IMG/VR virus record: IMGVR_UViG_3300046779_001442
Location: 1-64,000 of that record
Strand: one strand, 5' to 3'
DNA length: 64,000 bases
Source of the DNA: a virus
The notes under the pieces are model-generated. The model was not told the origin of the DNA, searched no databases, and worked only from the letters and a program-made list of their open reading frames with translations. Below are positions 37,484 through 47,800 of the stretch, in pieces. How positions within the stretch are numbered: position 1 is the stretch's first letter; each line of letters begins with the position of its first letter. Position numbers and translations under genes: made by a program.

Positions 37484-38362
37484 ATGGAGATATTGAGAGT
37501 TCCGTCAAGTGTTATTGCCTATAAGGTTACTGGGCTTACCCCAGGGGCAGAGTATTCGTACACTGTTCTAACCTTGGCGGATCACTCAGTACTTTCTCAA
37601 ACAGGAACAGCAGATAGTGATGGTTCGCTATCCGTAGTACTGCCATCAAATATCGATGGGGACTATGAAATCACAATTGATGGAGAAACATATGATGTAT
37701 CAGTAGTAAGGCCATATGTAGATCCAAACACAAAGGGAGACACTGCTTCTGAAATACAGGCATATGCAGAGAATGAGGAAATTGCTAGAGCAATTATTGA
37801 CTCAATCATTGCACCTGGATTTTATTACAAGAGGTATGTACTAGATACAGTTGGAAATGGTTCTGACTATATTCCACTATGGGTAGATGCAAAAAAGGTT
37901 TTAAAAGTTTATGAAAACAATGTATGTATTTACGATGCGGATGATGCAGCAAACTACCAACGCTCATTTAAGATAACAGAAGATAAGACTGCCGTAGTTG
38001 AAGACTACCCTGGCATGGTCAATAGATCAGAAGGTCCAAACGTTATCTTGCCACTTGCTGCATCAGACAATGGTTCTGTAATTTACTTTACTGGTGGATT
38101 TGTGAAGAATGCAGACTATAAGATTGTTCTAGAGATAGGACACAAAAATATACCGTCAGACATTGTCAGAGCAACCAGTTTGTTGGTTGACGACCTTGCA
38201 TGTGGAAAGTTAGAATATTACAAGAGATTTGTTACTGCATACAATACAGATCAATTCAGAATTCAATTTGATAAGTCAAGTTTTGAGGGAACTGGAAACA
38301 TTATAGTAGACAAAATACTTTCAAAGTATAACAAGTCTATTCTTAAACTTGGGGTGTTGTAA
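37484..38362 (+). CDS. Putative head-tail adaptor
   Basis: Position after the capsid gene; AIIDS...G-x3-IP-x-DI-x2-A...VD-x-IL-x2-Y pattern. Confidence 0.6.
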   Translation: MEILRVPSSVIAYKVTGLTPGAEYSYTVLTLADHSVLSQTGTADSDGSLSVVLPSNIDGDYEITIDGETYDVSVVRPYVDPNTKGDTASEIQAYAENEEIARAIIDSIIAPGFYYKRYVLDTVGNGSDYIPLWVDAKKVLKVYENNVCIYDADDAANYQRSFKITEDKTAVVEDYPGMVNRSEGPNVILPLAASDNGSVIYFTGGFVKNADYKIVLEIGHKNIPSDIVRATSLLVDDLACGKLEYYKRFVTAYNTDQFRIQFDKSSFEGTGNIIVDKILSKYNKSILKLGVL

Positions 38363-38811
38363 TGGTAGTATGCGAAAAGACAGATTTCGTATTTCCAATG
38401 ACTGCAGAGGTTTTCTATCCTACTGTTGAGCAGGGTGCCTATGGCAATGTAAAGAAAACTTGGATTCATAATAAAACTGTCGCATGCTACTTTGCATCAG
38501 CTGCAGGTGCAGCAAAAGAAGAAGTTATCCCAAATGTAAATATTACAAAAGAGCTAATTTTGGTTGGTAGGGTCAAATCTGACATTAGAGTAAATGCTCA
38601 GCAAGATGGTCAAGCAATAACCAATATTGTTATTAGCAATATCAAGGATACTGTTGGAGCAAGTATTTATATCGAGACCTCTGGTGTGCGTGATGGAAAG
38701 GCAACCATTTTTGAAATTGCATCACAAGAACCTATCGTTGGCCCATTTGGAACAGTTGAATACTACAAGGTTGTATTGCGTAGATCTGAAAACCAGGGGG
38801 TAGATGTTTAA
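38362..38811 (+). CDS. Putative head closure protein
   Basis: Synteny and size (149 aa). Confidence 0.55.
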   Translation: MVVCEKTDFVFPMTAEVFYPTVEQGAYGNVKKTWIHNKTVACYFASAAGAAKEEVIPNVNITKELILVGRVKSDIRVNAQQDGQAITNIVISNIKDTVGASIYIETSGVRDGKATIFEIASQEPIVGPFGTVEYYKVVLRRSENQGVDV

Positions 38812-39482
38812 TGCTATCAATAACTTGGGACGATAAACAGTTTAATAGAGAGATGAATAATCTTATTCAGTATTCAATTGGATACCTTGACGGTGTTCAG
38901 TCTGGCAAAAATGCATTTCTAAATAATCTTGGAAGATCGACTGTAGAGGCACTAAAGGATTTTGTTGACTCAATGGCAAGAGTAGACCACCAAATGCTAC
39001 ACCATGTATATGAGTGGAATCAGACAGGAAATCCATCAGCCAGACTTTTTGAAATTGGATACTCAGTTGCAAATGGTGGATTATCCATCAACTCAACACT
39101 AACGCAGTCTAAGATAGCTGCTGCTGGAGCAACAAGACCATTCTATAATAAAGCATCTATTATGGAAAATGGTGTACCAATAACTATTACACCAAGAAAG
39201 AAAGCCCTGCGTTTTGAAGTAGATGGAGAAACTATATTTACTAAGAAGCCAGTAACAATCACAAATCCAGGTGGGCGAGAGGTTCAAGGCGGATTTGAGC
39301 AAACTATGAGCACATTCTTTAATAGCTACTTCTCACAAGCTTTCCTTGAAAGAAGTGGAATTAACAAATACCTACAGACACCAACACTGTATGACAAATA
39401 CCTAGTTACTGGAATGAAGGTTGGTCGTTCTGTTGGACTTTCTGCAGGGTATAACTGGATGGCAAAGGCAGGTAACGAATAA
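38811..39482 (+). CDS. Putative neck/tail completion protein
   Basis: Synteny; I-x-P-x2-K-x-L-x-F...F-x-K-x3-I-x-NPG motif. Confidence 0.55.
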   Translation: MLSITWDDKQFNREMNNLIQYSIGYLDGVQSGKNAFLNNLGRSTVEALKDFVDSMARVDHQMLHHVYEWNQTGNPSARLFEIGYSVANGGLSINSTLTQSKIAAAGATRPFYNKASIMENGVPITITPRKKALRFEVDGETIFTKKPVTITNPGGREVQGGFEQTMSTFFNSYFSQAFLERSGINKYLQTPTLYDKYLVTGMKVGRSVGLSAGYNWMAKAGNE

Positions 39483-40018
39483 TGTCAATACATTATCCAC
39501 CAGCATTCATTAATGCATATTTAGCAGAAAAAATTCCTGCAGATTTAGGTCCAGAAAGATTTGGGAATGGCTTAATGAAGTTCTTTCCAGCAAGCCCAAC
39601 AGACATAGAGGCACTAACTGAAACATTCCCAGATGCGTCAGCAAATGTCTTTGCAGTGTATGACAGAATGCTAAAAATGAGACGTAGTCCATTTCCACAT
39701 ACTAAGTCAGAACAGCTACTGTATTATTTTTATAAGATGGCAGGAGATCCAGTAGATCTCATAGAGGCCACCCAGGTTGTTCAAGACCTACTAGATAGAG
39801 AAGATGAATCAGCTCAAGAGCTAAATGCTTGGATTAAGGCAAAGCAGGCATCAAATAGTCCAGTAACAGACGATGCAGGAGAACCACTGCCAATGCCATT
39901 TTTTCATAAAATCCGAATATATCAGCTAGAAGAAACAAGGGACCTGATTGATTTTGGCACTGCCAGAACATACGCAGGCAACAAAATAATTATTGATTAC
40001 GACTGGCATAAATCGTAA
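39482..40018 (+). CDS. Putative tail terminator
   Basis: Lies immediately before the major tail gene. Confidence 0.5.
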   Translation: MSIHYPPAFINAYLAEKIPADLGPERFGNGLMKFFPASPTDIEALTETFPDASANVFAVYDRMLKMRRSPFPHTKSEQLLYYFYKMAGDPVDLIEATQVVQDLLDREDESAQELNAWIKAKQASNSPVTDDAGEPLPMPFFHKIRIYQLEETRDLIDFGTARTYAGNKIIIDYDWHKS

Positions 40019-40094
40019 TTCTATAATAAAGGGCGGTATACTTATAACGAGGAAACAAACGCCCACTTATCCATAAAATAAGAGGTGAAAAAAT

Positions 40095-40703
40095 ATGGCA
40101 TATACACGTGGTACAAGTGCAAACATCATCGTTGGTGCTGCTGCTCTCTTCACATACGAAGTGGGCACACTATCAGATGCTGCTTTGCCAACATATACTG
40201 CAGGTCAGTCATTCAAGGAAGATCTAACTTCCGACACTGACTTCCGTAATATTGGTTATACCAGTAACGGTCTTGAGTTGCAGTTCCAGCCTGACTTCGG
40301 TGAAGTACAGGTAGACCAGGTTCTTGACGTTGCTAAGCTTTACAAGCAAGGCATGCAGGTTAACCTAAATACCACTTTTGCTGAGGCTACACTTGAGAAT
40401 TTGCTCTTTGCTCTCGCAAGCAAGGATACAAACCTTACTTCAGGTACTGGCCTACAGACCCTCAACCTATCTGCAGGTGAACTTGGCGAATGCCCAGTTG
40501 AGCGTGGATTGGTTGCAGTTGGTCCTGGTACAGGTGACTGTGCAGCAGATGAGGAAAGAATCTATGTTGCTTACCGTGCACTCTCAATTGAGAATGTTAC
40601 AGTAGCAGCAAAGCGTGACGAAGCTACCCAATTCGAGGTATCATTCCGTCTGCTTCCAAACGACTCAGCATCTTACGGAAAGATTGTTGACCGTACATTC
40701 TAA
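40095..40703 (+). CDS. Major tail (tube) protein
   Basis: NIIVGAA, GYT-x2-G, V-x-VDQ and T-x2-EATLENL motifs; own promoter and terminator. Confidence 0.85.
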   Translation: MAYTRGTSANIIVGAAALFTYEVGTLSDAALPTYTAGQSFKEDLTSDTDFRNIGYTSNGLELQFQPDFGEVQVDQVLDVAKLYKQGMQVNLNTTFAEATLENLLFALASKDTNLTSGTGLQTLNLSAGELGECPVERGLVAVGPGTGDCAADEERIYVAYRALSIENVTVAAKRDEATQFEVSFRLLPNDSASYGKIVDRTF

Positions 40704-40720
40704 TAATTTAATATAGAGAA

Positions 40721-40760
40721 GGCTGCCCTGGGAGAAAACTCCTGGGGCAGTTTTATTTTT
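40721..40760 (+). terminator. Intrinsic terminator
   Basis: CTGCCCTGGGAG-AAAA-CTCCTGGGGCAG followed by TTTTATTTTT. Confidence 0.85.
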
Positions 40761-40774
40761 GCTATAATAGTTTA

Positions 40775-41470
40775 ATGGCTACTAGCGTTTACGAAAAGGG
40801 TACTGTCGAGACAATTGATGGAATAGATATTGAACTATCTCCACTCAAAATTAAGTATCTAAGAGAGTTTATGGAGTCTTTTAGATTTTTAAAAGAATCT
40901 GTAAATGATGAAATGGCACTTACATTTATGTCTGATTGCGTCAGGATAGCCATGAAGCAGTTTTATCCAACTATATCGAGTGTCAGAGATGTGGAAGATA
41001 GGTTTGACCTACAGACTGTAAAAAGGATACTTGAGATTGTTGCTGGTATTAACATTAATCCAGAAGAAGAAGATTTAGCTAAACAAGCAAAAAATGACAA
41101 AGAAGGTACAAGCTGGGAAGAATTTGACCTAGTTCCACTAGAGGCAGAGATATTCATGCTTGGCATTTGGAAGGACTTTGAGGAGCTAGAAAGCTCAATA
41201 TCAATGCCAGAGCTAAGAGCACTACTTGATTCAAAACGAGAAAAAGATTATCAGGATAAAAAGTTTGCAGCAGCACTACAGGGTGTTGATCTAGATGAGC
41301 AAAGTGGCAGAAAAGAAGAGGACCCATGGGAAGCAATGAAAGCAAGAGTCTTTAGTGGTGGCAAAACAGATGATGCTAGTAGTATTTTGGCATATCAGGG
41401 TGCCAATGCAAGCAAAGCAGGCTTTGGAATTGGTATGGGGTTAGACTACGAAGATTTACGTTCAAATTAA
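40775..41470 (+). CDS. Tail assembly chaperone, long form
   Basis: Lies between the tail tube and tape measure genes; its N-terminal ~100 aa are paralogous to 41527-41838. Confidence 0.7.
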   Translation: MATSVYEKGTVETIDGIDIELSPLKIKYLREFMESFRFLKESVNDEMALTFMSDCVRIAMKQFYPTISSVRDVEDRFDLQTVKRILEIVAGININPEEEDLAKQAKNDKEGTSWEEFDLVPLEAEIFMLGIWKDFEELESSISMPELRALLDSKREKDYQDKKFAAALQGVDLDEQSGRKEEDPWEAMKARVFSGGKTDDASSILAYQGANASKAGFGIGMGLDYEDLRSN

Positions 41471-41526
41471 AGACTTGCTGTGATATAATAATATCACCAC
41501 ATCGTATATGTTCATAAGGAGGAACA

Positions 41527-41838
41527 GTGTCTACAGAAAAGAAAACAATCACTCTTATTGACGGAACAGAAATTGAAATCAGACCACTAAAGGTGTCTCT
41601 ACTGCGTCAATTTATGAAAAAGTTTGAGGGCCTTGCAAAGGTCGCTGATAACAATGACAAGTCAATGGATCTACTAATTGAATGCGTACAAATTGCAATG
41701 CAGCAGTATGCACCAGAGTTTGCCGAAGACAAGGCAAAGCTTGAAGATAACATTGACCTACCAACAGTGTACAAAATCGTTGAAGAAGCATCAGGAGCAG
41801 ATCTTGGTGGGCAAGGATTGAGTTCACTTCAAGGATAA
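41527..41838 (+). CDS. Tail assembly chaperone, short form
   Basis: IDG-x-EI-x3-PLK-x3-LR-x-FM...CV-x-IAM-x-Q...ED-x2-DL-x-TV shared with 40775. Confidence 0.7.
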   Translation: MSTEKKTITLIDGTEIEIRPLKVSLLRQFMKKFEGLAKVADNNDKSMDLLIECVQIAMQQYAPEFAEDKAKLEDNIDLPTVYKIVEEASGADLGGQGLSSLQG

Positions 41839-41856
41839 CTGGGAGTGCAAGGTTGA

Positions 41857-44800
41857 ATGGCTGATATACAGTCTAATATTCAAGTTAATATTGATACGTC
41901 TAGTGCTCTAGCGTCTATCAAGGCTCTTCAGGCACAGATATCAGCATTTCAAAAGGAGATGGCTAGCTCTTCAGCAGCCAATGCTCTTGCAGCCAAGAAT
42001 CTACAAAAAGGTTTAATTGATGACATAAATGCAACTGGAAAGTTTGCTGCAAGCATCAAAACTGTTACCTCAACAACAGACTATTTCACAAGGTCACTTG
42101 AGAAAAATAAGCTCTCGCTTGGAGAATATTTCCGTTATGGAATGGCTTCAAGCAAGAGCTTTTCTCGTATGTTTGAAAGTGAATTTAACACAATAAATAA
42201 AGTTGCTCGTGAGCGTGTTAAAGATCTTCAAACACAATACATATCATTAGGCAAGGATGCTTCTGGTGCCACAAAAGCTATTGCAATACGCCCACTAGCT
42301 CTTGATCTTGAGCATGTTGGGACTAAGGCACAAATAGCTGCACAAAGAACTCAGCTCTTTAATCAAATACTAAAACAAGGATCAACTAATCTTCTTAACT
42401 TCGGTAAGAATACTCAGTGGGCTGGTCGTCAGCTCATGGTTGGTTTCACAATTCCTCTTTCTATTTTTGGTGCAAAGGCTGCACAAGAATTTAAGAAGCT
42501 AGAAGAGCAATCAATTAGATTTAAGCGTGTATATGGCGATGCTATGACCACACCAGAAGAAGCTGACAAGATGATTGAGCAGCTTCGTACACTTGGTCTA
42601 GAGTTTACAAAATATGGTGTTGCTCTGGAAGCAACTATGCAATTGGCTGCAGATGCAGCAGCAATGGGTAAAACTGGGCAAGATCTGTTGGGTCAGGTTA
42701 GCCAAGCTAATATTCTGGGGGTACTTGGTCAGGTAAGCCAAGAGCAAGCACTAGAAACAACTATATCTCTTACTAATGCATTTGGCTACAGCACTGAGCA
42801 ACTAGCAGACAAAGTTAATTTCCTTAACGCAGTAGAAAACCAAACTGTAGTATCCATTGAAGACTTGACAACTGCAATTCCTAAAGCAGGTCCAGTTGTT
42901 CAGCAGCTTGGTGGAGACGTAGAAGATCTAGCATTCTTCCTTACAGCAATGAAGGAAGGTGGAATCAATGCATCAGAAGGTGCCAACGCTCTGAAGTCTG
43001 GTCTAGCATCCTTGATCAACCCAACAGAAAAGGCATCGAACATGCTTCTTGGTATGGGTATTAATATTAAAAATATTGTTGCTGAAAACAATAATGATGT
43101 TGCAGGAATTGTTGTTGACTTTGCTCAGGCTCTGGACTCACTTGATCCAACAACTAGAGCACAGGCAATCGAACAGCTATTTGGTAAGTTCCAGTTTTCA
43201 CGTCTATCAACATTATTTCAAAACGTAATTCAAGAAGGTACCCAGGCTTCCCGTGTACTAGAGTTGACCAATATGACAACTGCTCAGCTTGCAGCAATGT
43301 CAAGAAAAGAGTTAAGGAATGTAGAAGAGTCATCTCTATACAAGTTCCAAGCTGCCATTGAAAGATTTAATGCTGCATTAGCTCCAGTCGGAGAACAGTT
43401 TATGAAGATGGTCACACCTCTAATTGAATTTGGAACAAGAATACTAAACATGTTTAACAACATGTCTGACGGAGCAAAGGGATTTGTTACAGCAATTGTT
43501 GGTATTGTTGGCGGTATTGCCCCAATCTTTATTATGACATTTGGTCTTATTGCTAACGCTATTGCTAACGGTATGAAGGGGTTCTTATTTATCAAGAATG
43601 CTATTCAGGGTGCAAAGCAAGAAACAACTGACCTTGGACTACAAACTCAATATATGTCAACAGAGCAGCTAGAGGCTGCCACAGTTGCTGCATCTCTTGA
43701 CCAGGTACACTCTAAGCTAGTTCAGACATTCACATCTGAAGCAGGAGCAATTGATAAATTAAGAACTGCACTTGAAAGAGCAGCAGTTGCACAAGCAAGA
43801 TTTGGTGGAGTTCGAGTTGCTGGAAATGCTCCTAAGCCAAAGAACTTTGCAAATGGAGGAATGGTTGTTGCTGGTCCTGGAGGTCCAAAGGGAGACAAAA
43901 TTCCTGCAAATCTTTCTGATGGAGAAGTTGTTCTATCGGTAGCAACAGTAGAAGAAAATCCAGCAGTTGTTCAAGCACTTCTTTCTGGACAAAAGGTACA
44001 GATTCCTGGATATGCTGAAAGTGGCACTGCTGGAAAGTCTGCAATAAGAGAGTTCTATGCACCAACTGGAAATACTTATCAGGCTGCACACTTCTCTGGA
44101 CATACAGAAATGTCTGGTGCTCAGCTACAAGAAATGGCTGCTGGAACAAGACTTGCAGCTGGCGTAGAAAAACTATTTGCTAACCTTATGGCTAGGTTAG
44201 AAAAAGAGGCATTAGAGGCAGGGGCTGTATTCGATAAGGCAGCAGCTGAGCTAAGAATACTTAATGAAACATTCGACCTGTATGATAATCGTGTAGTTTC
44301 TCTTGATGCAGAGCTAAACAATATTTTGGGTAGAAGTGGTGGTGAAAGCGGTGGAACTGCTCCTGTAGCAAGAGTTCAATCTGCTTTGCAGTCTGCTGGT
44401 ACAGATGCACACATGCAGGCAGCATTAACAATGAGCACTCAGGGTGCAACTAGAGAACAACAAAATGCTGCAATAGAACAGCTAGATGCTGCAGTGCAGC
44501 AATCAATGCAAGATTTTATTGACGATCAGGTAAAACTTGCTACTGGTGTTTCAGATGTTTCTGATTTGACAAAGCAAGAATATGAAGAGGCTATTGCCAA
44601 CATAAAGATGTCTGGAGAAGATTTAGATAGAGTTATCCAGAGAGCATACGAAGCGGTATCTGAAAAGAATGACCAACTAAAGGCAGCATATGAAGAGATG
44701 TCTGAGATTAGTGGTTATGCTCTTGCTGGAGATCTAAATCCAAACAAAGATAAGTCAAGAAACCGAAAAGGATTTACTGGCACTGGAACCAAACTCTATA

Positions 44801-47800
44801 CGGACACAAGAGGTCAGGCATATGAAAATATGTCTCAGATCAATGCAGATCAGGGTAGAGATAACAAGTTTGTTGAGACACAGAAGAGAAAATTTGCTAG
44901 AGTTCTAGAGGATGCAATTTCTCAAATTGTTGAGGTTGATCCAGAAGCTTTCACTCAGGTTTTGCAAAATCCTGATGCACAGGCAAGACTAAGAGAGCTT
45001 TCTGCTATTGCAGAAAAGTATGGGATTAAGCTCACACAGACTGCAATGGCAGAACTACAGAGAGGCTTTGAGGTAGGTCTACAGAAACAGTTAGATATTC
45101 AGTCACCTTCAAAAGAAGCCGAAGTTCGTGGTGCTCAAACAGGTGAGGGGTACCTTGATGGAGCGGAATCAAAGATTGATGATGCAAAAGCAGTTGGAGA
45201 GCAGACTGGTGATGCACTAACGAGAGCAGCTGCATCTAGAGCTGCTACGTATGGAGACCTTGAGGCTACTCCAGCACTAAAGTCAGCACGTAGAAAATTT
45301 GGTTCAGTTGAAAACATTCCCCCAGAGGTGCTATCTACACTAACATCTGGCATGACATCTGCTGGGGTAGAGGCAGAGAAAGCTGCAATTAATATTGGTG
45401 CTGTTGCAAATAAAGCAATGGCAGTCTCTGGTGCACTAAGCTCTGTATCATTCTTGCTGCAAGGATTTGGAATAAATCTTGGGGGTATTGGCGATGTTGT
45501 CACTACACTAACTAACTCAATGTTTGCACTATCTATGGCAACCGCTGCAGCTGCAAGAAGCACAATGGTCATGAGTGCACTAAATCTTTCTGGACTTGCA
45601 AATATAGGTGGATTGTTAAAGGGCAAGGGACTCCTTGATGGCTTTAAAACTATATTTTCATCTATAAGAACTTTTGGTGGTGCCCTAACTGGACTATCTG
45701 GAATTGTGTTTAGATTTATTCCATATATTGGCTTAGCACTACTGGCATTTGAAGGGTTTAAGTTCCTTTCAAATCAGATTCAGATAAGTAATGAAAAGAT
45801 TACTGGTCTTGGAGATGTGGCAAAACTAACAGCAGAAAAGCTTTCAAAAATTGGAAATGCTTTTGGTTTTGACCCAGCAAAACCTACTGATTTTGGTTCA
45901 AGAATTGGCACGTCTGACTCTACTTCTGGAAGCAGCAAGTCACAAACTGGTAGAGAAAAGCTTTTGTCTGGTTACGAAGGCGAAACAATAGAAGACAAGT
46001 TTAGCAAATTTAAAGATGACTACCGTGCAGAAATTAATGGTCTAGAAAATGCAACAGCAGAGCAGGCCACAAGAGCTTTGTCTAGCACAGCTAGACAGAT
46101 GTATGCTTCTGGAGCAACACAAGAAGCTGTAGATGCAACAATTAAAGCTTTAATTGAAGCAACAGAAAATAATCCAGAGCTTCAAAAGGTTGATGCTGGC
46201 AAGATTATTGGAACAGTGTTTGACCCAACAAAGCCAGGATCACTTCAGGCAATTCAAGATGCAGCAGCTGCCTCTGCAGAGGCATATCAAAAAGCATATA
46301 ACCTGGGACTTGCAACCGATTTTGGATCATCGGTTGATCCAGAGTCATGGATGGCTGGGACATACGATCCAAGCAAAGTTACTCAGCAACAGTTGGATGC
46401 TGCAGGAGTTAAGGGCAACACTGTAACACCACTAAGTTCAGACGCTACTAAGGAGCAGTCTATTCTTGCATCTGAAACAGCTGCCTCTGCAGATGCACTA
46501 TTCCAAGCTTTTGAGGCATCATCTATTGGTGCACAAGAACTAATTGACAATGTTAATGGATTGATTGCTCCAATTGAGGGTCTTAGTGAAACAGCACAAG
46601 CAAGACTTGTTCCAATATTGGCAGAACAGCTTGGTCCAGAATTTCAAGAGCAGACAAAAGATATTAAGGACTATGCAGATGTTCTTTATATGGCTAAGTA
46701 TGTGATGGCTGGCGGTGTAATAACAGATGAGCAAGTTAATAAGATTAAAAAGGGTACATCTGCAACTTCATTGCTTAGCGGATCGTTTGGACAGCTAGCA
46801 TTTGAAACAGAAAATGCACGTAAGGCAGAGGAAAGAAGGCAAGAAGCTGCAGATAATGCTGCATATGTTAAGCAGCAAATTGTTAACGTCTCTGATCAGA
46901 TAAAGGCATACAACATTCTCAGAGATGCAGGATATGATTCTGCCACTGCTTTGTCACTTGTAAATGATGAAACTCTAAGGTCTGAAATTTTAGCTGCAGG
47001 TGCAGCAGATAAATTGGGCGAGTTTGGGGTAAAGCTTAAAGAGTATGCTGGCCTAGTGGCACAATGGAATAAGATCAGCAGCTCTGGCGGTGGCGGAAGT
47101 GGCAAAAAGACACCTCTTCAGGAAGCACTAGAGTCACTAAAGGAACAAAGAGGTAATATTCTAAATGCAGCAACAGCATATAGTAAACTAAGAAAGGCAA
47201 ATATTGATGTTTCAACTTCTTGGAAGTACGCAAATGATGCAACTGTCGCAGCTGGTCTAGCCTCAGCAAAAACAGCTAAGCAAGTTAAACAAATTGTTGC
47301 TGCCATTAAGGAGCTAGAAAAGGCAACAGCCAAGAATGCATGGGGCAACTTCTCAAAGCAAACAGCTGATGCCAAGATTGCATTGCAGAATCAATCCAAG
47401 ATGGCAACAATTCTTGGTAACGTTGGTGCGTCTGCTGAAGAAATTGACGCATTGATAAATGATGAAGGTCTTGCAGCAGGCTTTAAGGCTGGAACAGTAA
47501 CAGCAGCACAGCTAGAAGAAGCTCTCAAGAGAATTCGTGCAAATTCTGACATTGAGCTGAAAATTAAGATGACCACTCCAGAAGGAATGCAGTCAATATT
47601 TGACGAGGCTTACGGCAAGGTACAAGAAGCTTTCTCTGCAAAAGAAACACAAATTGAGCTTGACTTTAAGCTTGGAACTAATCTTAGCGGACAAAACAAA
47701 GATTTGGTCAACACTAAAGCTATTGATGAAACTATCAAGAATGCTGAAGAACAGATTGATGGTCTTAACTATAAAATTGATGATTACGAGGCTGGCGTTC

